From: Tubulanus polymorphus
Taxonomy: Eukaryota; Animalia; Nemertea
DNA: 64,000 nucleotides
NCBI RefSeq assembly: GCF_964204645.1
Contig: NC_134035.1
Location: 9,642,451 to 9,706,450, forward strand
Direction: 5' to 3'
The notes under the pieces are model-generated. The model saw nothing but the letters and a program-made list of their open reading frames with translations. It was not told the DNA's origin and did no database searches. Positions 42,991 through 56,987 of the stretch are shown here, piece by piece (within the stretch, counting starts at the first letter, position 1; each line of letters opens with the position of its first letter). The translations under genes were made by a program, and so were the position numbers.

Positions 42991-43032
42991 ATTCCTGAAG
43001 ATGACTATTGGATTACAGTCGAAACGTCGAAT
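42991..43032 (+). ncRNA. Minimal type-I hammerhead ribozyme motif with stem I, in a Penelope-like remnant (to ~43122)
   Basis: ATTC CTGAAGA T GACT attggattac AGTC GAAAC GTC GAAT: stem I ATTC/GAAT and GUC cleavage triplet. Downstream tail aatgtgggatttt...caacatggatacgtgtttcaccaat. Confidence 0.7.
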
Positions 43033-45681
43033 CAAGTTAATAGTTTTAAGGAATCTCTTCGTCAATCAATGTGGGATTTTCTATTATATCGTCACAACAT
43101 GGATACGTGTTTCACCAATGGTTGTAACTTTAAAGCTTATGTTTCACAATTGGGTTGGTCACCATAAGTAACGAAAATGGAGTACGGCAGTGTCATTTGA
43201 ATTGATTTATTGTCTTTGACTTTATAATAACCAATATGATAACTTAACCAATATGGCACCGCCTGCTGACATGAGCACATGGCTGGGGCAAGTGGTGCAA
43301 AGAAACTTATATATTTCAACGAAATCTTATAAGATTTATGATTTCACACTTGCAAATTAGATCACATATATAACTCGAAATGATTAACCTTACTGTCGTA
43401 GATAGAATATGGACGATGATGAATTAATCCGAGCAATAGGTGACAGCCCGCATTTAGTTTATATCACCTGTCTTGTGGAACCAACTTCCCTTTAGTATCA
43501 GAGATAGTCCATCGCTTCAATGTCTTAAGAAGAATATGAAAACTTACTTTTTTAAGGAGTATTTATAACTGCAATTAATCTCAGCCACGTGTAAATTTTT
43601 TTCAAGTGTTTTGAATTACTATTTTGTTGATTACAGTTTGTAGGAGTGTGCTAGATAGTGAATTATTATCATATTATTGTTACTATTATCAATGAGAATT
43701 TCGAAACTTCCTCTGCGATAAAAAAAACTTTTTAAATCGTTGCACTTGGGATGAATTCCGTAGGGCGTGTTCAAATATCAAAACCTTTCGCACACCAGAG
43801 CCAATATCTTCATGATATTACGCTTCATCTGCTATTTGCTGTATTTGTTAGCGAAGAAACGAAAGCCACAATCAATCATTTATGATAAATGTTGATATCA
43901 TTTATCACCATAGATTGACTTACTGTGCTTCGGAATATTTCTTATGTACCACACAACATTTATCATTACCAGACTATCAGTATAGCCCTATTATCTTGCT
44001 ACATTTTTCTTCATTATCTATTATTTTTGTATGAATTTATGTTACATCTTAATGAAACTGAGGTGTTAACATTAAAATTTTAAGGCCCCTACATACGGGC
44101 CAGATCTATAGATAGATTGGATCCAATTCGGTGCGTTTGCTTCTAAACTGATTCAATGAAATGCTGAAAAAGATCAGTATTTAAGAACTAAATATACATT
44201 AATAAAAAGCATCGTAGTGAAAGTTCAAAAAGTTTATCTGGCATATTTAACTTAAAGCTGTGACTATAAAATGCGTCTTTTGAAATTTCCATATTTCAGT
44301 ACCGTCTAAGTATTCTTGAACAAAATGTCAGGTTGACAGAGAACGTTATCATTTTCGTTATTCAAGGTCGGTTTCAAAATTACCCAGGCGTAATGCCGCG
44401 CACGTCAGCTGAGATTTCAGACGATTCGCGAAATTTCGCTGGAGTCCTCGTTACGTCGTTAACGTGTTGCGATTCCATCATCATTTGACGAGATTGAATT
44501 TTTACCTGAACTCGCCGGGGTCTACTTAACGCGCCTCGTAACGCGTCCCAGTGGTATTTAGGTGCCACGACTCGAGAAATGTCACCAGACACCGTGACCC
44601 AAATTTCAGTCGCCAGGTTTACCGTCAGACGATTCTAGCAGTTTTCCATTCGTAAAATCGGTAAAATTTGAAAATCTGATTTGTAGTGAATTCTCCGCGC
44701 TAACGAACCGACATAATGACAGCGCGAGACCGGGGACAAAATTTCTGACAGTCTTTTACGTAAAACTTATGGAAAAGACGACTGTCGACTTAAAGCCCAA
44801 AAACGCACGCGACGCGGAAACACGGAAACAGGGGGCGGAAACGTGTTTCCGAAATTGGTTTCCATACACAAGCGACTGTCTGAAATAAAATGAAGTAAAA
44901 CCACAATGTAATGGAAAAAATTCTATTACGGCCCTTTTTCAAAAAGTGTTTTTGAAAATTGTCCATAGAATTCGGTCGGAATGTCAAATTCTCATTTAGT
45001 TTTCTCATTATATTGTGGGCGTTTCACTTCATGTTTCCGACCATTTCCCCGCTTCGTCTGCATCGGGTTTATCAACACTTCGGTTTTTCGTGTATACGCA
45101 TCGGGTGATACCGCTACCTAAAAATTCCGGGGAAAAGTCTAAACGCAAACTTGATCGTCTCTCCAACTCGACGACGATGACGGAGGATGTAGTTGTCGGA
45201 GACTCAATTTGTAGCCGGCGTTCGCTACAAATCGGACTAATTATCGAGATGGCACGTCGTCTGACCATTTTTCGCTCGCAATTACCGAGTGTTTATGTAC
45301 ATCACGAGGCAGCGAATTTCCAGGCACGTTCGTCGCACCGTGTACAAGAATGATCACTCGCGCCGAGAGTGGATGTCTACCGCAAATTACTGCTATTATA
45401 GTCCACCGTATCATGGCTACCGCCTCGAATGTTGATGATTATACCCCGAAAAACCTTCTCGATATTCCTGTTCGTCGTTATTAAGTTAAAGATAGCGCCT
45501 GTACCGTCTACGCATAACATTTATTCGATGGCGTTGTTCTCTGACTCAGTCATTATTCATATGTACTGTGCATATAACATGCTGCCAAAATTATGGTTTT
45601 TACACACAACCAATGTAGCGGAAACCCTAAATGGACGGAGGCCACTGGTAGTATACATATTTAAAACAACCAGACTAAGTA

Positions 45682-45934
45682 TAGAGAATCCCACAATAAC
45701 AACGTAAAAAATTATACAAAGATGATTCCCTGAAGATGATTCCCTGAGCTAGTGTAGTTTTGTTCGACGTTTCGACTCTATTTTGAGTCATCTTCAGTAA
45801 GAATATAGTCGAAAAACGTCTAATAAACTACAAGCACAACGAAACATTTTCAGACGTATTATTATCTTTGACGTCGTTATTATTGTGGGATTCTCTGTCT
45901 CTTCACAACAGGGATATAGTGTTTTATCAATGGT
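45682..45934. mobile_element. Penelope-like fold-back insertion with intact minus-strand hammerhead core (45766-45797)
   Basis: Reverse complement CTGAAGA T GACTC aaaata GAGTC GAAAC GTC. Arms agagaatcccacaataa / ttattgtgggattctct. TSD-like aaccagactaagta (45668-45681)/aaccagacaaggta (45935-45948). Confidence 0.7.
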
Positions 45935-48900
45935 AACCAGACAAGGTAAACTGTATGATCGAAATATTCTCGATCCTCGATCAACTTGTCTTCAAAAATA
46001 ATTTTAGGGGAAGAGGCCATTAGTGTAATTAAACAATCCGTCACTATCAGGATCCGTATGAAAACAAATATAAGACATCTTGATTAACAGCGAGGGCCCG
46101 TTAGGGAAATAAGCCAATTTCCTTTAAAAAAGTAGGCTTCAGTTTCTCGTTGGAACTGGTCAAAACAATATATTGCTTGATATCATCGACAATAAATAGT
46201 ATAATATGAAAATTATTACATAATATTGAGGATCAATAAAGTTATTTTGGATTTGTGTTTATCGATAATTGAATTGACCGGGAACCAGTCTAGCCCCGGA
46301 ATATTGATGACGTAATGAAACTTATCAAAAATAAGATAAGCGTATGAAACATGTTTTATCACAAAATAACTATCTTGAAACGCCAATATTGATGACGTAG
46401 TGCACGTCGAATAACGCCTTAAATAACGCGTACTAGGTATCGATGTATATAAACATTATCGTAACGATTTTTACGGCGTCAAAAAAAACTCACCGTATAC
46501 AGAACCGATAATTAGAAGGATAACACGACGATAGCTTATCACGGAGATCTTCATTCTACACGCGACTCGCTTTCCGGACATTACGCACAGTTTATCGAGT
46601 AAACAGTGGCGGAATGAAGAGTGCGGGACAAATCGAGAATAAAACCGATTCGCGTGAGTTCATCTCACAATGATTGAATATTTGAGAAAACAAAGAATAG
46701 TAGGGTCGCGTATAGTATGATTATTGGGTGCGTAGCAAATAACGAGGATAAGGTTACGAAAACAATTTGCAAACGGCGATTTTGATTGCGTCAACATTTC
46801 CTATATTCGAAATCGACTAATTTTTTTTGACTAATCGACTTAGCGCACATCTTTTACAAATAACAAACTGACGAATACGTAAACTATCTGTCCTATCTTT
46901 ACTTCGGGAGCGATTTCTGCTTTGTTCGGTTACGGATTGTCGAGGTAAATTGTGAAATTCACGGATAGTGTGGACGGTGTTGATGAAATATCGTCCAAGA
47001 TATTCATTTTTAAGAATACAAATTTTTGGATGAGACAAAGAATCGTACATAACTATAGCATATGGTATTTATATACTAACAGGCCTATGATAAATTGTTA
47101 GATCTTTGCCAGTGAAAGTCCTTTTGTGAATATTTCAAATACTATAAACTTTAAAAACCTTACATTCACAGTACTTACTATTATATCATCTATGTAAGTT
47201 ACTTATAGAATTTGGTATCCACATTTCTATAGTTCATGGGCATTCTATAAAAGGGGCGCGAACATTCAGTTTCTGAACATATCGAATTTGTACACAAATC
47301 TATCTATCTTAAAAAACGGCATTATTACGTACATTCACTGGATTAACTATATGATAACATCATTCATTTAGGTTAGTCTAGCGGAATTGGTTACCGGTAC
47401 AATTTTCTCCGTTTCGAAGGCTTCCTTTAAAAAGGTCACAAACATACAGTTTCATCTGTGAATATTGAGTTACAAATAATAACGCGGACGAATATCAATG
47501 TAGCTATCTTTAAAAAACGGCATATACACTAATAGTATTAACTACATCATTCATTAAAATAACCAGTGGAATTGTGTACACAAATTTCTCTATTTTGAGT
47601 GCGTTCTATAAAAGGGACGCGGATATTCGGTTTGTGTAAATATTTTGCTGCCATTTTAATCACCGATATGACCTTATTATTGGTGCGCACAGTCATTGCC
47701 GATCAATCGAGAGAGTGTCGCGCGATTAACACGCATCACAGTTTATATTACTCGATGGCGCTTGTCTCGTATAATCAAACAAGCCGTTCCGATTAGTATA
47801 TAAGATTATCGGCAATAAGAAGTGATGATTTAAGCCCGCCCTAATTCTCTGTCTTCGCTCTTCGAGTGGCAACTAGAGATGATATCGTCGTCACGAATAT
47901 GCGACTGACGAGCGGATGTGATGACAGGTCAAGGACGCCGTCTGTCAAGTTCGACGTGACTTCGAAACTTCGTGACACAGTTAAATACGCGTCAATTTCA
48001 ATATCTGGTTTCGCGTCAGTTTAAAAAAAATGATCCAGTAAAACATAAAGATGCATTGTACTTTATGGGTTAACTGATTTATTTGAGATACGAGCTTTCG
48101 CTACTAATCCATAATAGCTTCGTCAGATAAATGGGGTAGGCCTAAATCGCTCATTAAAGCTACTATGCATTTGTAGCGAAAGCTCGTAATCTCGGGGTAA
48201 TATCATTGGTCGAATAATTACTCCAAGCTCAATAAACTAGTTGAAGTACAATAAAGTAACCTATAAATCTGTCTCTACGTGTAACTGATTGAACCCCAGG
48301 TTAACACGGCTCATCTACGAATCTTAAGAACCGAACGTCTATTATCGTCTGGTTTTACGTTTGACAGGTGCGTGAGATGCATCGCCGATTCGAATGAAAA
48401 CCGTCGCATCGATCACTGTTCAAAATGCAAATAATATTTAAATCAGATTGTCTGTTTAATTCATTTTAATCAAAAGCGTAAAAATTCTTTTTGAAAAATG
48501 CGTCTTCACTCGGCTTGTGACGTTACTTATATGGATCATGGACGTACGTATAAGCAGAGAATTAGCGCTGCCGGTCTTTGTTTTTCACGCCCGTGCTTCG
48601 ATTAGGTAGATATACACATCTATTTTCCAATCGGTATCGAGATATATTGGATCGGAACCCGGTGGCGGAAGATTTTCTCAATCCATCCGCAAAAGGGAAT
48701 CGAAACCTTGCGCCCGCTGATAATCTCTCTCCAGTGCCCTGAAACGAATCGGATTTTTCCGATTTGCGTTCTCGACGTAGTCTACGCGACATAGAAATAA
48801 CAATATTTCATTTTCACAAGCGGGAAACAGCCTAAATATACATATATTCAGTCTCGTCAGATAGCGATTAAAGATAATATTGATACACGATGCATATTTC

Positions 48901-50785
48901 ATTTTCCCCGTCGTTCGAATAAGGCGATGCATTATGCATAATCCACGCACAGTCTCGCTTCCTTATTTCATTTAATATCGATATGCAATGTGAGAAACGC
49001 GCGGCCTTAATTAGATCATTTCGGCCCTGATTCTCGAACCCCGATGTCGTTAGGCGTTGCTTACACGGCGCGAATAATCGAATTTGTATTTGTTATTATT
49101 TTCTTAAGTAACTCGCGTGAAATGCGCCGGAAACGGGCGACTGCTCGCTTTCGCCCGAGAACGCCCGGTCCGCTGTCGCCCCGAGCTAACTAACGATGTC
49201 ATAAATTTGCATAATCACATTAATGCAATCTGTTGACGCTGTATGTAAGTATATTTATATATATAGTCAAAGCCGGGGAAGTCAGTCGACCATTTATAGC
49301 AGTTTCATGACGATTTCTTCGTAATTCTTATATTTCAACTGGGAACTTGATGACCTTTGATTGATGTAGCAGTACCAGAATTGAAAACGTTGAGAAAAGG
49401 ATGAAATGAAAAGATCATCCTCAATATCACCTACGGATGGTAGAGGCCTATTGGTAGATAATCATCGGTAATTCGAAAAGAAAACTAAACCGCGCTACTA
49501 TTGGATAGAATAGATAATGAAATGATGAATGATAAGCAAGCAAAAAGGACATGTCAGTGGTAGAGACCATTGACAAACCGCCAAGAAAAACCTACCACCA
49601 TCATTCGAATACATGGATCTAAGAATGAGTATGACATTTCAAGTTTAGAACAAGATACTTTTCATTCGGCCTTCATTGACCTAACAAGACAATTTCCTTA
49701 AATATGGCGAAATTTATGGACTTGTAGACTTGGGGATGTCACAAAATTGTATGTATTTATTTGTTATTTGTCACTTCAAATCAAATTGTTTCTCTTTTTC
49801 ATTTATTTCTTTTATTGTTGATCCTTTTTCATCTACAATCATGTACTTTTGATTTGAATTAAATTAATTGGAATTTGATATCTGAACCCTTGGGCTAACC
49901 AGTGAAAAGACCAGTAGCTTGGAACCTCTTTGGATTACATGAACCAGCACTCTTTGAGCTTCACGGTCTAAAACTAGTTCTTTTACAAATTATCCAACTT
50001 AAAGTCAAAGTTTAAACTGAATTGAAAAAAAAGAATGATCTCAGATTAAACAAACATGGCTTGCAATCGAAAACCTCGACGAGGACTTATCAGAGACATT
50101 ACCACGCTTCCTGTGAGTAACTAGAAGTAACGTTTAAGCGTGCTTATCGAATACTTATCGGGTACTCGAATGAATATACGGCTTCGCAAGTGTTAACTCG
50201 AATTCTCGGTTAATGCGGCGCTATACCCGAATCAATAAGCAACAGTTACACAGGCACCTACACCTTCCTACCTAGCGGCTTCTGAAGTACATGTATATAA
50301 CCAGAAAGTAACTAACTCAGTTGCGGTATAGAATGGCTGGTCGCTAAATCTGCGAAAGTCTGGACTCAAATCGTTTAGCGGGTGTCTCCTTGCGCGCTCG
50401 GCTCAGTGATACGTTTAGATTTTCTTTTGTAATTCGGTCAACTGATCATTCATAACCATAAATCAAGAATTCGCGCCCGAAAAAAAAATATCCTATTCAC
50501 ATTTTCATCAAATTAATCGCCGCAAAATCGATGGTTGAGTATCTTTTATTAGGGAACAATTAGCATCATTATTGCTTCGAATATATCGATTGCCTTTGTT
50601 CAAATAAAACTTGACATCGTGTTATGATTTCACGAACCTAGTTTTACTATCGCTGTACACAGGTTTCCAGCTTCCAGCTCCGGTGGTTGCAACTGACGCC
50701 ATTTCAAACTCGAGTAAAAATTAGATTTCTAGTTCGATTAATGACAAACTTCACGTCAACTGTTTTGATAATGCGAATAAACGGG

Positions 50786-50999
50786 ATTCATTCATTCATT
50801 CATTCATTCATTCATTCATTCATTCATTCATTCATTCATTCATTCATTCATTCATTCTATTCGTTCATTCATTCATTCATTCATTCATTCATTCATTCTA
50901 TTCGTTCATTCATTCATTCATTCATTCTATTCGTTCATTCATTCATTCATTCATTCATTCATTCATTCGTTCGTTCATTCATTCAATTCGTTCATTCAT
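50786..50999. repeat. (TTCA)n microsatellite, partly interrupted; shorter one at ~11728-11770
   Basis: Directly visible. Confidence 0.95.
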
Positions 51000-51946
51000 A
51001 AAGATCCTCTAGTATCCGCGCATTCGCGAGTATTTTCTGGAGCGTGCGTATCTAGAAGGAAAATAGTTATGAGAGCAAGAATGCGCATACCATAGAAAAG
51101 AGTCTGGGCGATATATTTGAAAGACAAGTATAAAGGTTATATGCACCGACACCACACGCGTCACATTGGACGTCAAATGGCCGTTAAATAGTGACTTTCA
51201 AACTCAGTTCGCCGCTTGCGCTTAACGGTCATTATGAAACCCTGCGCATAGAGACCCTGACGAGTGACGTCACTGATAGATAGAAGTGCGTCATAACGTC
51301 CGTCAAACGGAAGCGGCTGATTGATGTAAAAAGTCACGGTTGACGGTCATGTGACGGACCAATATGACGCGTGCGAATGATCACGTGACGTCGGTGAATA
51401 AGGTTATACACGATCCAAATGTGAATCGAAAACCCGGGTTGTTGTTGAGTACACGTCGAATTATGCAAATTGCAGACGCATTAATCATCCAGTTTAGATT
51501 TCTGATTGCCATCGACTAAGACGGGGGGTAATTGTCTAAAGAGATGGATAGCGCATGAGGATTACTCCAATCCGCTTTATAGAATTACATCTTGATTGGA
51601 TTTAATTCCGTTTTACATCAATCCGAATTCAATTTGAGCCATTGTGTCGCCGAGTGCGCGTGCGCGTGTTGAATGCGTCATCGTTACCGCGAGGCGCTGC
51701 ACAATCTAGACATTCTGAGAATGTCCGAGAAACGAGACCGCACGTGGAGAACCTGTGAAAAGTCAATTATTAATCAGTCACACATCTGATTGATTAATTG
51801 ATAAAAACTTAATTTATCAATAGACGAAATTCTTAACAAAAACTAAGGGTTGTACTTTGATAACATCGATAGCCTTTTTATTCATTTCAGCTTTTCGACA
51901 TGACTATTAGATGTTGAAACCTTTTAAATGCAGCAACTTGTTTGTA

Positions 51947-52144
51947 CAGTAAAATTCGTTTATGACGCCACCGTTGGGACCAGTGTAAAAAACATAGCAT
52001 TATAACTACTTTGGCAGCGTTATAAAGAATGACATTTTCATTAAATTTGAGTTAGATTTGGCAAGTTTGTTCTCTGACAAACGTTGGCCATTTTTAAGAG
52101 AGTATTGGCATTAAAAAGGATGGCGTTATGACGCACTTTGACTG
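51947..52144. mobile_element. Tc1/mariner-pogo-type MITE (TA|CAGT...ACTG|TA); diverged inverted copy at ~11816-11987
   Basis: Ends tacagtaaaattcgtttatgacgcc / ggcgttatgacgcactttgactgta. Shared gttgggacc / ggtcccaac core. Confidence 0.65.
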
Positions 52145-55100
52145 TATATCATTAACGTATGTTAAGGAACGCAAATACGATGTTTCGTTTCTGTGAGCCC
52201 GCTAATAACCTGCCGACCTCTGTAGCGTTGAGATTTCACTTTAAGCAACGTGAAACAGAAGTCCAGAATCTGAAACTGTTCCGCGCTGCTTCAGTTTCCA
52301 AACAATCGACACGCTCTAAGTGAAGATTATTAGCGGGAGATCAGTGAACTGTGGTTGATCCTACATCGGTGTCGGGATATATATCCAATTAAGATTCCTG
52401 GCCTAATGTTTTCGGTAAATATCGAGATCAACGAAGAACGCGAACCACTCAGTAATGGGTTGTTTATTTTCTCGTCTTGTAAACACACGCAGCCACCGAG
52501 TGAATGCCTTCGGGCAACGTCTCAGATAGAAATCAATCGCCAACCGATTTTGAAAGCAAGAGCAAAAAAAAAACGAGCCGGTATCATAAGTAAAACGGAA
52601 CGACATCATTTCACTAATCGAAGGCAACGAGGAGTTTAAAATATTTGTTCAATTTTAAAGTGATAGATTCATTTATGAAATGATATGTGAACGAATAAGT
52701 ATCGTTTCGGCTAACGAAGACTTCTTTTCCGGACAGTCGGTCAAAAATGCGCCATACTTGAACTTTGCGCTCACTCTCCATCGATGATCATAACCTGTTT
52801 CGGTTTGATGTTTTTTTTTGCGAGCAAATAAATCAGCTCATAAGTTCAGTCGTGCTACGATAGTAGGACGTGTAGTATCATACTTTTTATATTGTGACCA
52901 GTACATATTTCGTTGCCTAAATGATCGAAAGGAAGAAGTTCCGACGGGCCGTGACATCCGATCTCGCCACTACAAAAATCATCAAACACGATCTGAAACG
53001 CTCCTTCTTTTAATTGGATTTCTCTTCCTAGTTCGTTTACAGAGAGGATGGTCTCCGTGCAAAGGGCTGCTCCGCACTCAATCGGAGAGCTCGATTGTGT
53101 AAACAGTTCCCAAAGACGCGAAAACACTCGGCGGGTTATAAACTGCTTTTTCCGTTTCTGTTTTTAGGTGTAAAGTTTCCCATTATCGCTCTTGCCATTA
53201 GCGCCGAAATAACGCGGAAGCCCGGACCCAGTTCAACAGTTGCGAGTAAGTTGACTGAGAGTAGAATTTAGTTCATTTACAATGAAATGTAGCCCTCGAA
53301 TTCTAACCGAGATTTATGAAACCGAGACCTTGATCAAAAGTTGGTTTGACTTAATCAGTGGATAGCTGACACAGTGACATATAGTCGACTAGGGCAAAGT
53401 GACAATTGCAAATTCACCGGTTATCTTTAACCAACTTTTTAGCAACAGGTCCCTGACAGTTCGACAGTTATGAATTAGATTTGACACTAGAGTTAAAACA
53501 TTGAATATAATTCGATTTTACCTCTCGAACTCACAACTGTGGAACTGGGCTGTTTAGTAGGTTAAACACTCTGGACTATAGAAACTAATGATAAATCAAA
53601 TACGCTAATTTTCTAAGATGTATAAATATCGGGAGGAAAATTCGTTAGTGAATTATTAAGCACTATTTTTTGCGGTTGGAGGAAAGTGGTCATCAATCAA
53701 TAGTAAATCGGAGCAGACGTCATCTTGTAGAACACGATGCACGTGACTGGTAATAAACCCAGCGAATATTCCGCTGATCGGTCGGTACCCGACATGCCTA
53801 CCTCGGATTTTTCCGCCTATAAGTGTATTCAAACCGGAATTTTTTCATTGCAAAATATCCGATTTCGCGTTTTATTTGCCAGCTATTTCTCCGCAAAATC
53901 AAAGGATTATTGGTAAAAGGGCTGGATTGTCGAAAGTGAAGTTTTTTAGTTAGTATCTTATATATATATATAGTTATTTCTATATGTGAGCGACTATTTC
54001 CTTGTTCTGGCATGTTCTGGCATTTTGCACGGCATTTCCATCCAGAGTTTGAAATCAAAACGAATATTCGAGTAGTGGCTTCGTACATATTTTGCATCCT
54101 ACGGTGAGGTTACAGCGTAAAGTACAAGAAATCAATCTTCGCGATCGGATCGCCGCCTAAGATTCCGTAATGGTCATTTGTCCGCTTCGTTGGAAGCGTA
54201 GAAATTTGAAAAGGTAATTTCTACGCTTCGGCGATTGTCGTCATTAGGTTATCCATCACCCTTCGAAAAATGTGATTTATTACTAGCCACGGTACGGCGA
54301 AGTTTGTGAACGCGCGAAATGGATGATTTTGATTTTGACTGTCCGTGAGCACTCTCTAATAACGTCTATATTGTTCGCATGTCAAAAAAGGTGGTAAAAT
54401 TGAAATCGAATGAACAAAAAAGATCACCAATATACTGTATGTCATATGAAAATTACTTGCCAAAATTATTTCTACAGACAACATTGCGACGGCATATGTG
54501 GAATCCTCGATTGCCACAGTAGCACCAACCGCCTGACACGACTGTATGACAGCGCCCAAACGAGTATGATGAGCTGTCGGCTTTGTTCGAGTTTACCAAA
54601 TTAATTCCGATAAATGAGAAATGTACGATTGTTGTAAATTATTTTAAAAAATATATGAGAAATAAATATATATTTTTTTCGTTCGAACGAAAAAAAATAT
54701 ATTTATTTTTCACCATGTCCCCTCCGAGGCTCCGTAGAAATTGAACTGAAAACCATTAAAATTATCACTGTTATGCAAGTAATAAGGAATATGGGCTTTC
54801 AAATTAAAGGTCGATAGGTCGAAATTAAATTTGCAGATTAAAAAATTTTGATTTGTTATGAAATAAGATTAAATCGAACCTACGAAGTGGGCCTACAAAT
54901 TTAGATTTAGCTTTCTTTATTATTCAAACATTTGAAATTTGGTTCGATCTATCGACCTTTGATCTGAGAGTCTATATTCCCCGGCAGTGACAATTCTTCG
55001 ATTGAATTAACACGCATCATTTGCTAAAATAAGTCTATTCACGCGCATATAGACACTAATCACAATAATTGCGTCTATCCTTCGCGATTTTGATTAAACC

Positions 55101-56700
55101 AACACAAACCATTTGCTTTAGAAATATATAGATAAGCAGGGGCGGATCCAGGGACCACTGTCGAGGGTAGCGGCAACTTGGAAGGGCATCTTTAAAATAA
55201 AAGGGCATTCTGAAATTTTGAAAATCTGTTTTGCTGTAATTTCCAAGCAATTAAAGCCCTGTCGCGAAGTGCTTTCTAATGGCGAATTAACTGCATTGAG
55301 ATGTAGTTTTCGTGTAGACCAAAATCTTCAAGAATTATGTGCTTTTTGTTAGTAAAATTATCTACCTCGTCTTTAAAAAAAGATTAAAAAAGGCACGAGA
55401 TTTTCGCGACGGTAGCCCGTGCCTACAGTGCCATCTGAATCCGTGCCTGGTAATTTATTTACGCAATTATGAGAATAGGATACATCACTAAGTTAAAAAT
55501 GAGACCGCGGGAAATTATTGCGGCCAGACTGCATTTCATACGAGTGGCCGGGGCCGGGCCCGCAGCCGCGGCCGGCTTTTATACCCCACCATTGGAGCAT
55601 TCCAACATCGCGCACTTTAATATTGCATTCCGGAGATTTCGCATGGGAATTGGCGTACCGCGACGAGTTACATATGAACTTGACATGTAGCAGCTGACAC
55701 CGAGTAGCTCCCACACTGTGCGCGTAGCACACAATCCGGAGCACTCCTGCTGGGAAACATATCAGTCATGTGATTTCACAAAATGGTGGCAGTCCGGATT
55801 AGTAGTTGATCCGGCACGACAGTAGTTGATAAGTTTGGTTAAATAAAGATGTCATCTTTTTACCTAGTTAGTTACCTAATCGTTGGTGGTAAGCTTTTCA
55901 TAATCGGATGGGCTTATACCAACGTTAGGGATGACAAGGACCAAAACACGGTTGAAAAAAGTAACACTTCAAAAGTATACTTTCTATTCACTTCAGTCCA
56001 CAATTAATGGCTTAATTCACAAACTAACACAGGTACCTTTCGAAATAATCCAATTTTATGTATGTTTCGAGTGGTTAATCAACATTATTTTGAGAAATTA
56101 ATTAATTTCTCCACCAATTTCGCCATTGGCCGCCATTTCTCTGTATTGCACATGTGGCATGATAAGACAAGGGGACCTACAAGGATTTATATAAAACTTC
56201 CGAGACGAAACGACAATTTTTATTTTTGATGGTTTTCCAACTTATATTTCAAATCTTCTTGTTTTCCATAATAAATCATGAAATAATAAATTCTGGTAAA
56301 AGAAAAATGTGAATAAGTGTTGATTTCTTAATTTTTTTCAATTTCGTCGTTTCGCTTCGTTAGTTTGTGCTGTTGTCCTCGCCTCAACCCACAGGTGCCA
56401 GCACCTCCAGTAATTTTCAAAATGGCAGCTGTTGACCCGACGGAAATTTACTCTCACTTTACGGCCGATTTGCACATGGATTAAGATCGTCAGGTGAGGT
56501 GTTATAGGTATCAGACAAACTACGAATCTGTTGTGCGTCGATTACAACAAAAAATAGACGGATATCTTAAGAGACAATGAAATGCCAGGCAAATTACTCG
56601 TCAGTCAAATTGGCTGACGAAGATTTCATACAAAAATGACCTTCCCATTCCTGACTGTGGTTTGTGAAAATATCCGATTGTGAAACTAAACCACAGACAG

Positions 56701-56949
56701 GTTACTGACTACTTTTTACCGTGATATTGAGGAGATTCACGCTCAGCTTGAACTATGTAGTGGTTCATGTTGTGCTGGAAAATACAAGAGTGAGCGCTAC
56801 CATTGCCCACTTTGTCCATTGACTAAGTTCAAATCGAACAAGATTTCATATGTTCGAAGTCATATTTTGAGCAGTCACTGGAAGTCACGCATCCAGATTC
56901 CAAGAAGGCGTGTCGATGATAATGTTGACGATGGTATCCAATCAGCCAG
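56701..56949 (+). pseudogene. Zisupton transposase exon: N-terminal Cys/His Zn cluster (5' boundary uncertain)
   Basis: Reads LLTTFYRDIEEIHAQLELCSGSCCAGKYKSERYHCPLCPLTKFKSNKISYVRSHILSSHWKSRIQ...QSA. Donor AG|GTAAAT at 56949/56950 is phase 2 and matches the acceptor at 60254/60255. Confidence 0.65.
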
Positions 56950-56987
56950 GTAAATTTCTCCTAGTAATATAGGGCCCTTATTTCTCT

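Noticed and set aside
16772-50999. ORFs with YIYIYI or IHSFIHSF runs (16772, 20293, 20330, 33928, 50687)
   Set aside because: Translations of (TA)n and (TTCA)n microsatellites.
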